This document shows positions 16,101-23,741 of a stretch of 32,000 nt of DNA, piece after piece. A program made the translations under genes and the position numbers. The notes under the pieces are model-generated. The model searched no databases. It saw only the letters and a list, made by a program, of their open reading frames with translations, and was not told the origin of the DNA. The stretch is from Streptomyces sp. CNQ-509 (GTDB lineage: Bacteria > Actinomycetota > Actinomycetes > Streptomycetales > Streptomycetaceae). Numbering within the stretch: the stretch's first letter is position 1; each line of letters opens with the position of its first letter. Location of the stretch: positions 7,672,951-7,704,950 of the forward strand of contig NZ_CP011492.1 of assembly GCF_001011035.1 (NCBI RefSeq), given 5' to 3'.

Positions 16101-17092
16101 TCCCCTTCGAGTACCGCCGGGCCGCAGACGCCCGGGAGGCGGTGGCCACCGTCGCCGCCCGCCCGGACGCCGTGTTCCTCGGCGGCGGCACCAACCTGGT
16201 CGACCATATGAAGCTGGGCGTCGCCACGCCGGACATGCTCGTCGACGTGTCGCGGCTGCCCCTCACGGAGGTGGAGGAGACGCCCGGCGGCGGGCTGCGC
16301 ATCGGCGCGACGGTACGCAACAGCGACCTGGCCGCCCACCCCCTGGTACGGCAGCGGTACCCGGCGCTGGCCCGGGCGCTCCTCTCCGGCGCCTCCGGGC
16401 AACTGCGCAACGCTGCCACCACCGGCGGGAACCTGCTGCAGCGCACCCGCTGCCGCTACTTCCAGGACGTCACCACACCGTGCAACAAACGCGAGCCCGG
16501 CTCCGGCTGCGCCGCGATCGGCGGCTGGGACCGGCACCACGCGGTGCTCGGGGCCTCCGAACTCTGCATCGCCGTGCACCCCTCCGACATGGCGGTGGGC
16601 CTCGTCGCCCTGGACGCGACGGTGCATGTGCTGGGCCCCGACGGCGCCCGTACGCTGCCGCTCTCCGATCTCCACCGGCTGCCGGGAGACGCCCCGGAAC
16701 GGGACACGGTGCTGGCGCACGGTGAGCTGATCACCGCCGTCGAGCTGCCGCCGGCGAGCGGCATGACCCGGCGGTCGACGTACCGCAAGGTCCGGGAGCG
16801 CGCCAGCTACGCGTTCGCGCTGGTGTCGGTCGCCGCCGCGCTGGACCTGGACGACGGCGGTGTCGTACGGGACGCGCGGATCGCGCTCGGCGGCGTCGCC
16901 CACAAGCCGTGGCGCGCCGAGCGGGCGGAGGACGTGCTGCGCGGCGCTCCCGCGGCGGAGGAGTCCTTCCGCCTGGCCGCCGACGCCGAGCTGGCCGCCG
17001 CCGAGGTACGTGACGGCAACGCGTACAAGGTGCCGCTGGCGCGCAACACCATGGTCGCGGTCCTGCGCGACCTCACGGAGGCAAGGCGATGA
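16097..17092 (+). CDS. FAD-binding medium subunit of the molybdenum hydroxylase (PaoB/CoxM-like)
   Basis: The GTG at 16097 overlaps the upstream stop (GTGA). Motifs ..FLGGGTNLVDHMKLGV.. and ..ATTGGNLLQRTRC.. are typical of subunit M. Confidence 0.85.
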   Translation: MIPFEYRRAADAREAVATVAARPDAVFLGGGTNLVDHMKLGVATPDMLVDVSRLPLTEVEETPGGGLRIGATVRNSDLAAHPLVRQRYPALARALLSGASGQLRNAATTGGNLLQRTRCRYFQDVTTPCNKREPGSGCAAIGGWDRHHAVLGASELCIAVHPSDMAVGLVALDATVHVLGPDGARTLPLSDLHRLPGDAPERDTVLAHGELITAVELPPASGMTRRSTYRKVRERASYAFALVSVAAALDLDDGGVVRDARIALGGVAHKPWRAERAEDVLRGAPAAEESFRLAADAELAAAEVRDGNAYKVPLARNTMVAVLRDLTEARR

Positions 17093-19200
17093 CCACACTC
17101 CGCCCCCGCGCCGTCGGCACCCCGCTGCGGCGCCTGGACGGCCCGGCCAAGGTGACCGGGACCGCCCGCTACGCGTTCGAGCATCCCCTCGAAGAGCCGC
17201 TTTACGTCCACCCCGTGCAGGCCACCGTCGCCCGCGGCCGGATCACCGGCGTGGACACCGAGGCGGCCGCGGCCTGCCCCGGCGTCGCGGTCGTGCTCAC
17301 CCCCCGTGACGTACCCCGGCTGGAGAACACCGGCGACGAGGAACTGGCGGTGCTGCAGTCCGGCATGATCGCCTTCCGCGGCCAGCTCGTGGGCGCGGTG
17401 GTCGCCGAGGACGTGGAGACCGCCCGGCACGCGGCCTCCCTGGTGCGGATCGCCTACGAGGACGAGCGACCCGATGTCGAGCTGCGCACCGACCGCGACG
17501 ACCTGTACGCCCCGGAGACCGTCAACCCCTTCTTCGCCACCGACACCGAGGACGGCGACGTCGACGCGGCGATGGACCGGGCCCCGGTCACCGTCGACGT
17601 CACCTACACGACGCCGATGGAGCACAACAACCCGATGGAGCCGCACACCACGGTGGCGGTGTGGCAGCCGGACTCCGCGGTGCGGTTGCTGCTCTACGCC
17701 TCCACGCAGGGCGTGCACACCGTAGGCACCGCCCTCGCCCCGCTGTTCGGGCTGGAGGCCGACCAGGTTCGGGTGATCTCTCCGCACGTCGGCGGCGGGT
17801 TCGGCTCGAAGGGCATGCCGCACGCGCACGACGTGCTGGCCGCGCTGTGCGCCAGGGCGGTGCCGGGCCGGCCGGTGAAGCTGGCGCTGACCCGCCAGCA
17901 GATGTTCACGCTCGCCGGGCACCGCACCCCCACGATCCAGCACCTGCGGCTGGGCTGCGGGACGGACGGCCGAATCACCGCGATCGGCCACGACGTGGTC
18001 GAACACACGGCCCATATCAAGGAGTTCGCCGAGCAGACGGCCGTCGGCACCCGGATGATGTACTCCGCGGCCCACCGCCGCACGTCGCACCGGCTGGCGG
18101 CGCTGGACGTACCCGTGCCTTCCTGGATGCGGGCGCCGGGCGAGTGCCCTGGCCTCTTCGCGCTGGAGTGCGCGATGGACGAACTGGCCGCCGCCTGCGG
18201 CCTGGACCCGGTCGAGCTGCGGGTACGCAACGACCCGCCGGAGGACCCGGAGACCGGACGTCCGTGGTCGGGGCGGAAGCTGGTGGAGTGCCTGCGCGAG
18301 GGCGCCCGCCGCTTCGGCTGGGACCGGCGCGCCGCCGCACCCGGCGCCCGCCGCGAGGGACGGGAGCTGGTGGGCCTCGGCGTGGCGTCCGCCACGTACC
18401 CGTACAACGCGGGCCAGGGCTCGGAGGCGCTGGTCCGCCACGAGGGCGAGGGCCGCTGGACGGTGCGGATCGGCGCGGCCGACATCGGGACCGGGACCTG
18501 GACGACGCTCACCCAGATCGCCGCCGACGCGCTGGACGCGACACCCGACGACGTGATGCTGCAGATCGGCGACACCGCCCTGCCCCCGGCGACGGTGGCG
18601 GGCGGCTCCTCCGGCCTCGCGTCCTGGGGTTCGGCGGTGGTCGCGGCCGTCCGCGCCTTCCGCGAGCGGCACGGCGACGACCCGGCGCCGGGCGCCGAGG
18701 CCCGCGCCGGCACGCCGGAGAACCCGGACCAGGAGACGTACGCGCTGCACTCCTTCGGCGCGCACTTCGCCGAGGTGCGGGTCGACGCCGACACCGGCGA
18801 GATCCGCGTGCCGCGGATGCTCGGGGTCTTCTCCGCGGGCCGCATCGTCAACCCGCGCACCGCCCGCTCCCAGTTCCTCGGCGGGATGACCATGGGCCTG
18901 TCGATGGCGCTGCACGAGCACACCGTGCTGGACCCGCGCACCGGGCACGTGGTGAACAACGACCTCGCCGATTACCACATCGCCTCGCACGCGGACGTCT
19001 GCGACATGGACGCGGTCTGGCTGGACGAGGAGGACCCGCACAGCAACCCGATGGGCACACGCGGCATCGGCGAGATCGGGATCGTGGGCTCGCCCGCGGC
19101 CGTGATCAACGCGGTGTACAACGCGACGGGCGTGCGCGTGCGGGACCTGCCGGCGACCCCGGACAAACTGCTGGCGGGCCTGGACGCACTGCGCGCATGA
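17089..19200 (+). CDS. Molybdopterin-binding large subunit of the molybdenum hydroxylase (PaoC/CoxL-like, 703 aa)
   Basis: ATGA overlap with the upstream gene. The protein shows ..RLDGPAKVTGTARYAFE.., ..TYTTPMEHNNPMEPH.., ..GGGFGSKG.., ..MRAPGE.., and a C terminus ..NAVYNATGVRVRDLPATPDKLL.. that closely recalls E. coli PaoC as I remember it. Confidence 0.9.
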   Translation: MTTLRPRAVGTPLRRLDGPAKVTGTARYAFEHPLEEPLYVHPVQATVARGRITGVDTEAAAACPGVAVVLTPRDVPRLENTGDEELAVLQSGMIAFRGQLVGAVVAEDVETARHAASLVRIAYEDERPDVELRTDRDDLYAPETVNPFFATDTEDGDVDAAMDRAPVTVDVTYTTPMEHNNPMEPHTTVAVWQPDSAVRLLLYASTQGVHTVGTALAPLFGLEADQVRVISPHVGGGFGSKGMPHAHDVLAALCARAVPGRPVKLALTRQQMFTLAGHRTPTIQHLRLGCGTDGRITAIGHDVVEHTAHIKEFAEQTAVGTRMMYSAAHRRTSHRLAALDVPVPSWMRAPGECPGLFALECAMDELAAACGLDPVELRVRNDPPEDPETGRPWSGRKLVECLREGARRFGWDRRAAAPGARREGRELVGLGVASATYPYNAGQGSEALVRHEGEGRWTVRIGAADIGTGTWTTLTQIAADALDATPDDVMLQIGDTALPPATVAGGSSGLASWGSAVVAAVRAFRERHGDDPAPGAEARAGTPENPDQETYALHSFGAHFAEVRVDADTGEIRVPRMLGVFSAGRIVNPRTARSQFLGGMTMGLSMALHEHTVLDPRTGHVVNNDLADYHIASHADVCDMDAVWLDEEDPHSNPMGTRGIGEIGIVGSPAAVINAVYNATGVRVRDLPATPDKLLAGLDALRA

Positions 19201-19312
19201 CGTCTCCCGGGTATCGGGATCGCGTTCATCGACGCGCCGCGGCAGTCGTTGCGGGCCACCAGGGTGCGCAGGGCGGCGTGGACGGCGGTCGCCTTGTCGG
19301 CCGGTGCCGCCG

Positions 19313-20251
19313 CTACGCGCCGGCGGGGGTGCGGACGTCGAGGGCGACACCGGTCTCGCGCTCGGAGACCTTCCAGAGCTTCGCGACGGCCCGGTCCCTC
19401 CCGATCCTGCGCAGCACCGGCTTGCGGACCGGGGGACCGTTGTTGCCCCACAGCGGCCCGTAGAACTCACCGCCTTTGGCCGCCGGGTCGGTGGCGGCGC
19501 GGAGCTGCGGCAGCGCGCCGTCGTCGGCGGACATGCCGGTGCGCTGTGCCAGGGCATGGAAGAACCGCTGGGAGGCGCCGCCTTCCGAACCCTGCACGCT
19601 GACCGCCTGCAAGTCGGTGTGGGACAGGCCCGGATGCGCGATCAGGCTTGCCGTGCCCGCGCCCGCCCGCCGCAGCTCGCGGTGGAGTCCGAGCCCGAAG
19701 TGGAAGTTGGCCAGCTTCGCCTGCCCGTACGCGCGCCACGGCCCGTAGCGGCCCTCCAGATGGGGGTTGGTCACGTCGACGGCGCGGCCCAGATGGTGGG
19801 CGGTGCTGGTCACGGTCACGACGCGGGATCCGGGCGTGCGCAGCAGTGCGGGCAGCAGGAGCGCGGTCAGGGTCCAGTGGCCCAGGTGGTCGACGGCGAA
19901 CTGCATCTCGAAGCCGTCGACCGTCCGCGCCTCGCCGATCGCCATCACTCCCGCATTGTTGACCAGAAGGTCGAGCCGGTCGTGAGAGGCGAGGACCTGC
20001 CCGGCGGCCTCTTTCACGGACGCCTGCGAGGACAGGTCGACCGCGACAATCTCCAGCGAGGCACCCGGGACCGTCGTCCGGATCTTCTCGGCCGCGGCAG
20101 CGGCTTTCCTCTGATTCCGCACGGCCATCACGACGTGCGTTCCCTTGACCGCCAGGTTCCTGGCGGTCACCAGTCCGAGCCCGCCGTTGGCGCCGGTGAC
20201 CAGGGCCGTGCGGCCGTGCTGGTCAGGGATGTCGGTTGCGGTCCAGCCCAT
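19313..20251 (-). CDS. Classical SDR-family oxidoreductase (retinol dehydrogenase/WWOX-like subgroup), 312 aa
   Basis: I chose the internal ATG at 20251 because GGAGG lies 5 nt upstream. Motifs TALVTGANGGLG, NNAG and YGQAKLAN (YxxxK) are present. Confidence 0.85.
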   Translation of the reverse strand: MGWTATDIPDQHGRTALVTGANGGLGLVTARNLAVKGTHVVMAVRNQRKAAAAAEKIRTTVPGASLEIVAVDLSSQASVKEAAGQVLASHDRLDLLVNNAGVMAIGEARTVDGFEMQFAVDHLGHWTLTALLLPALLRTPGSRVVTVTSTAHHLGRAVDVTNPHLEGRYGPWRAYGQAKLANFHFGLGLHRELRRAGAGTASLIAHPGLSHTDLQAVSVQGSEGGASQRFFHALAQRTGMSADDGALPQLRAATDPAAKGGEFYGPLWGNNGPPVRKPVLRRIGRDRAVAKLWKVSERETGVALDVRTPAGA

Positions 20252-20383
20252 TCGCACCTCCGCATGAGTGCTCATTCAGCATGTGGCGCGTACCTGCGGT
20301 CTGCAAGCCGGGCGGTGGGGCTCGTCGCCGACGCTCCGGGTGCTGCCCGCCGGGGGCGGTGAGAGGAGCACCCGGAGGTGCCT

Positions 20384-20575
20384 TCAGCGGCCCGTCGCCC
20401 GGCCGCGGCCGGGCGGGAGCGCGACCACCGCCGCTGCGGCCGGGATGGCGACGAGCCCGGGCGGGATGGCCGGGGTGTCCGTCACTCCGGCCGCCATCTG
20501 GACCGCGAAGCCGGCGGCGGCGACCAGAAGAGCGGCGACCGTCAGGTTGCGGCCGGCGGTGTGTCGCAGGCTCAT
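20384..20575 (-). CDS. Small hydrophobic protein (63 aa, about 2 TM segments), translationally coupled to marR; possibly truncated
   Basis: The ATG at 20575 overlaps the MarR stop (ATGA). Hydrophobic stretches are LTVAALLVAAAGFAVQMAAGV and LVAIPAAAAVVAL. I recognise no homology. Confidence 0.4.
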   Translation of the reverse strand: MSLRHTAGRNLTVAALLVAAAGFAVQMAAGVTDTPAIPPGLVAIPAAAAVVALPPGRGRATGR

Positions 20576-21072
20576 GAGAGCTCCTCGTCCTGTGCCTGTG
20601 TGTGCGAGGTGGGCTGTTCCGGTTCGCTGGTGAGGGTCTCGGCGTGGCGCAGCGGAGTCAGCAGCATGTCGGTGAGCGCCGCGCTCTGCTCGCTGTGGCG
20701 CCCGCCGAGGGGAGCCAACCGCTGTTCCTCGATCCTGAGGACCTCTGCCCGGGCGGCGGTGACCAGCTCGGCGCCGCGTTCGGTCACGGTGAGCTGCACT
20801 GCCCGGGTGTCGCCTGGATGGCCGGTGCGTTGCACCAGCCCCGCCCGCTCCAGCGCCAGCTTGGAGACGTGCATCGGCTCCAGCCCGATGAAGTCGGCCA
20901 GTTCCCGCTGCCGCGGACGGGCTCCGCCGGCCGAGAACGCGGAGAGTGAGACCAGGACGCCGTACTGCGACGACGTCAGTCCCAGCGGCGCGAGGGCCCG
21001 GTCGATCGCCGTCCGCCAGCGGAGATTCAGGTGCCAGACCAGGAAGCCCGTGGAAATGTTTACCGTAAGCAA
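20572..21072 (-). CDS. MarR-family transcriptional regulator
   Basis: ..FLVWHLNLRWRTAIDRALAPLGLTSSQYGVLVSL...RQRELADFIGLEPMHVSKLALERAGLVQR..DTRAVQLTVTERG.. is a winged-helix MarR pattern. The start is a TTG at 21072, so it is uncertain. Confidence 0.85.
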   Translation of the reverse strand: MLTVNISTGFLVWHLNLRWRTAIDRALAPLGLTSSQYGVLVSLSAFSAGGARPRQRELADFIGLEPMHVSKLALERAGLVQRTGHPGDTRAVQLTVTERGAELVTAARAEVLRIEEQRLAPLGGRHSEQSAALTDMLLTPLRHAETLTSEPEQPTSHTQAQDEELS

Positions 21073-21084
21073 GTTTCGTATCTG
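21052..21084. promoter_or_regulatory. AT-rich imperfect palindrome overlapping the marR start; candidate MarR operator/promoter
   Basis: GGAAATGTTTACCGTAAGCAAGTTTCGTATCTG contains the palindromic core TTAC-C-GTAA (21060-21068) flanked by GAAA...TTTC. It is the most AT-rich patch in this part of the window. Confidence 0.35.
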
Positions 21085-21142
21085 TCCGCGTACGCTCGCC
21101 CCGCCCGGGCCGCCGGGTGCGCCGCGGCCTTCCCGGTACTCG

Positions 21143-22606
21143 TCAGGTGTCGGCGAGGAGGGGGTCGTACGGGGTGCCGGCGCGGCGGCCCGCCATGAAG
21201 GAGAGGAAGTCGCCCACGAAGGCGCTGCGGCCGTAGGTGCCGTCGGTGGTGGTGAGATCGCGGTGAAAGGCGGTGCGGAAGAGGGTTCGGTATTCCTCCG
21301 CGTCGATGCTTCCGCTGCCGTCCTTGTCGGTGGCGTCGAAGAGGACCTCGGCGACCCGGATGAGCGCGGGTCCGGCGAGGGAGGGGACGGCGGTGGCGTA
21401 CTCCTCGGCGCTGACGCGGCCGTCGCCGTCCGTGTCGAGGGCGGCCTGGAGTTCGCGCCACCAGGCGGCGAAGGCGTCGTAGAGCCGGGCCTCCTCGGGT
21501 TCGTCCAGGTCGAGGCGGGTGGAGAGTTCGCGTGCCATGGCGGCGAGGTCGGGCCAGTCGAGGTGGCCGTCGCCGGTCTGGTCCAGCACCCGGAGGAAGA
21601 ACTCCTCCGCCGAACGCCGGTGCTCTGCCGTCGCCGCCGAAGGCGCCGGGCCGGGGCCGGTGCCGCCGCCCAGGGGGGTGAGGAGCCGGAGCAGGGCCGA
21701 AGCCCGATTCATCCGGGCGCGCAGGGCGGACACGGTACGGGCGCGGGGGTCGTCGCTGCCGGGCGGGAGCGAGAGGGTTTCGATGATGCTCTCCGCGTTG
21801 ATCCAGCCCTCGGGCAGGAAGCGGGTGAGCCCCGCGGCGAGGTAGGCGCCCTGCATGAGGGTGGCGGCGCCCGGCGTCTCGGGCAGGCCGGCCCGGCGCC
21901 GGTACGGCTCGGGGAGCGAGGCCACGGTGATCGCGCCGATGAGCGGACCGGCGACGGCGCGCCCGGCCGCCCACAGTGCCGGTGCGCCGTCGAGCAGCGC
22001 GGGCGCGGGCAGGTGGTCGAAGAGCCGGTAGAGGATGACGCGGGCCGCCTCGGTGTTCTCCAGCTCGTTCTCGACGACCCGGTCGAAGTACGGCCAGAAG
22101 TCGTTCAGCTCCTCGGGGAGTTCCGCGGCATCGCCGTCGAGCGCGGCGAGGAACGCGCGGTACTCGGCGTACATCCGCTCCATCGTGTCCTGGCCGAGCG
22201 GCTGGCCGCTCAGCCGGCACATGGTGACGGCGCTCTCGAAGAGGGTGGCGACCACCCAGGCGCGGATCGCGCGGTCCATCGCGTCGTAGGCGCGGCCGCG
22301 GGAGTCGGAGCCGCTCATGCGGGCGTGCAGCCGGTTGAGCCGGGCGGCCTCCCGTTCGCGTACCGCCGGGTCGGCGCCGAACATGCGCCGCATGCTGAGG
22401 AAGGTGTTGCGGAGCCGGCGCCAGGGGTGGGCGACGAAGACCGAGTTGTCGACGAGGGCGGCGCCGATCTGCGGGTGAGCCGCCTCCAGCACGGTGGCGC
22501 GGATGATGGCCAGGGCCCAGCGCGGGTCGTCGAAGAAGCCGCTGAACTTCGATTCCGGGCCGAACAGGGGCGCCCCGCCGGCCGTTCCCGTGGTTTCGGT
22601 GGTCAT
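21143..22606 (-). CDS. DUF2236/MpaB-family oxygenase fused to a C-terminal EF-hand calcium-binding domain (487 aa)
   Basis: The internal ATG at 22606 follows GGAG and overlaps the upstream stop (ATGA). The N-terminal domain ..EAAHPQIGAALVDNSVFVAHPWRRLRNTFLSMRRMFG...LNRLHARMSG.. fits the DUF2236/MpaB pattern. The C-terminal loops are DQTGDGHLDWPD, DTDGDGRVSAEE and DKDGSGSIDAEE; the latter two are canonical 12-residue EF-hand loops. Confidence 0.8.
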   Translation of the reverse strand: MTTETTGTAGGAPLFGPESKFSGFFDDPRWALAIIRATVLEAAHPQIGAALVDNSVFVAHPWRRLRNTFLSMRRMFGADPAVREREAARLNRLHARMSGSDSRGRAYDAMDRAIRAWVVATLFESAVTMCRLSGQPLGQDTMERMYAEYRAFLAALDGDAAELPEELNDFWPYFDRVVENELENTEAARVILYRLFDHLPAPALLDGAPALWAAGRAVAGPLIGAITVASLPEPYRRRAGLPETPGAATLMQGAYLAAGLTRFLPEGWINAESIIETLSLPPGSDDPRARTVSALRARMNRASALLRLLTPLGGGTGPGPAPSAATAEHRRSAEEFFLRVLDQTGDGHLDWPDLAAMARELSTRLDLDEPEEARLYDAFAAWWRELQAALDTDGDGRVSAEEYATAVPSLAGPALIRVAEVLFDATDKDGSGSIDAEEYRTLFRTAFHRDLTTTDGTYGRSAFVGDFLSFMAGRRAGTPYDPLLADT

Positions 22607-23373
22607 GACCGGTCTCCGTTCGTCCGGGCGGGTACGCCGCCGAAGCGGCGGTCGCGGCGCCGGTAGGCGTGCAGGTGGGCGAGGAAGTCGGGAGCCCGGA
22701 AGTCCGGCCACAGCACCTGGGGGAAGACCCACTCGGCGTAGGCGACCTGCCAGAGCATGAAGTTGGAGATGCGCTGCTCACCCGAGGTGCGGATGACCAG
22801 ATCCACGTTGGGGGTGTCGGGGAAGGGCAGGTGGTCCGCGAAGAGCCGCTCAGTCACCTCGTCGGCGGGCGTCCCGCTACGGATCAGCGACCTGGCGGCC
22901 TCGACGATGTCCCGGCGCCCGCCGTGGTCGAAGGCGACGGTGAGCGTCATCCCCCGGTTGCCGGCGGTGAGCTCCGCCAGATCGTAGAAGTCCCGGGCCA
23001 GTGCACGGGGGATGCGCGGGTCGGCGACCCCGAGGAAACGGCAGCGGATGCCGCGCGCGAGCAGCAGCGGCGCATGCGTGCGCACGACCCTGCGCACCAG
23101 CCGCATCAGGAACTCGACCTCAGTGCCGGGGCGGATCCAGTTCTCGGTGGAGAAGGCGTACAGGCTGAGCCACTCCACGCCGGCGGTCCTGGCCGCCTCG
23201 ATGACGTCGATGACCGCGGCCTCCGCGGCCCGGTGACCCGCCGTACGGGGAAGCGAACGCTGCTGTGCCCACCGGCCGTTGCCGTCCATCACGCACGCCA
23301 CGTGCCGCGGTCCCGCACGCACCGCCCCGTCCGGAGCGGCACGGCCGCCCGCACCGCGTTCGGTCACGCCCAC
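22603..23373 (-). CDS. UppS-family cis-prenyltransferase (isoprenyl transferase)
   Basis: ..HVACVMDGNGRWA.., ..LYAFSTENW.., ..RTSGEQRISNFMLWQVAYAEWVF.., ..RRFGG. The start is uncertain. I chose the GTG at 23373 because GGAG lies about 10 nt upstream and the upstream part of ORF 22603..23667 has low GC3. Confidence 0.85.
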   Translation of the reverse strand: MGVTERGAGGRAAPDGAVRAGPRHVACVMDGNGRWAQQRSLPRTAGHRAAEAAVIDVIEAARTAGVEWLSLYAFSTENWIRPGTEVEFLMRLVRRVVRTHAPLLLARGIRCRFLGVADPRIPRALARDFYDLAELTAGNRGMTLTVAFDHGGRRDIVEAARSLIRSGTPADEVTERLFADHLPFPDTPNVDLVIRTSGEQRISNFMLWQVAYAEWVFPQVLWPDFRAPDFLAHLHAYRRRDRRFGGVPARTNGDRS

Positions 23374-23741
23374 CCTGTGCCGCTCCCGCCTCGCCCACGC
23401 CCCACCGGCGCGTTCCCTCCTGAAGTCTGGCAGCGCGAACGGGCCCTTCACCGCCGAACGAGTGGCCGTCACCCTCGACTCGTACGTTCGAATGTCCCCG
23501 GGTCCCGAGCGGTGAACTCGCGCCGCCGTCCTTTCATCCGAGGCGACGCGCGCGCATCGTCCCGCGAGAGGCGGATGTCGGTCTATCGGACCGCAGATCA
23601 CTCCTTCGAGTGCTATGTGGGTCTGAGTGCCGGAATGTCCAGCACCCGCTGGCACGATGATCCACATCTTCCTCCGCGGGCCTCAGCGCCCCAAGCCACC
23701 GTTCTCCAGCAGAGTTTGCCGCACCAGCAGGAGGTACGCCG

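Noticed and set aside
13112-22666. Other very long antisense ORFs (13112..15397 minus, 16807..19557 minus, 20378..22666 plus, 15863..17098 minus)
   Set aside because: Each overlaps a gene on the other strand that has strong family motifs (NDH-2-like, Mo-hydroxylase subunits, MpaB/MarR). Their translations are low-complexity Arg/Gly/Pro/Ala sequence.
23470-23500. TTCGAAT strings (also at about 7763) checked as tRNA T-loops
   Set aside because: The flanking bases cannot form a 5-bp T-stem and no acceptor or anticodon arms can be drawn. I found no tRNA or tmRNA in the window.
23374-23667. Long N-terminal extension of the UppS-like ORF (354-aa version starting at 23667)
   Set aside because: The first 65 codons or so have low GC3 (cca, ggt, gga, cat, ata, gaa, cga...), unlike genuine coding DNA here. 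UppS homologues need only 20-45 residues before the HVAxxMDGNxRWA motif. The exact start remains uncertain.
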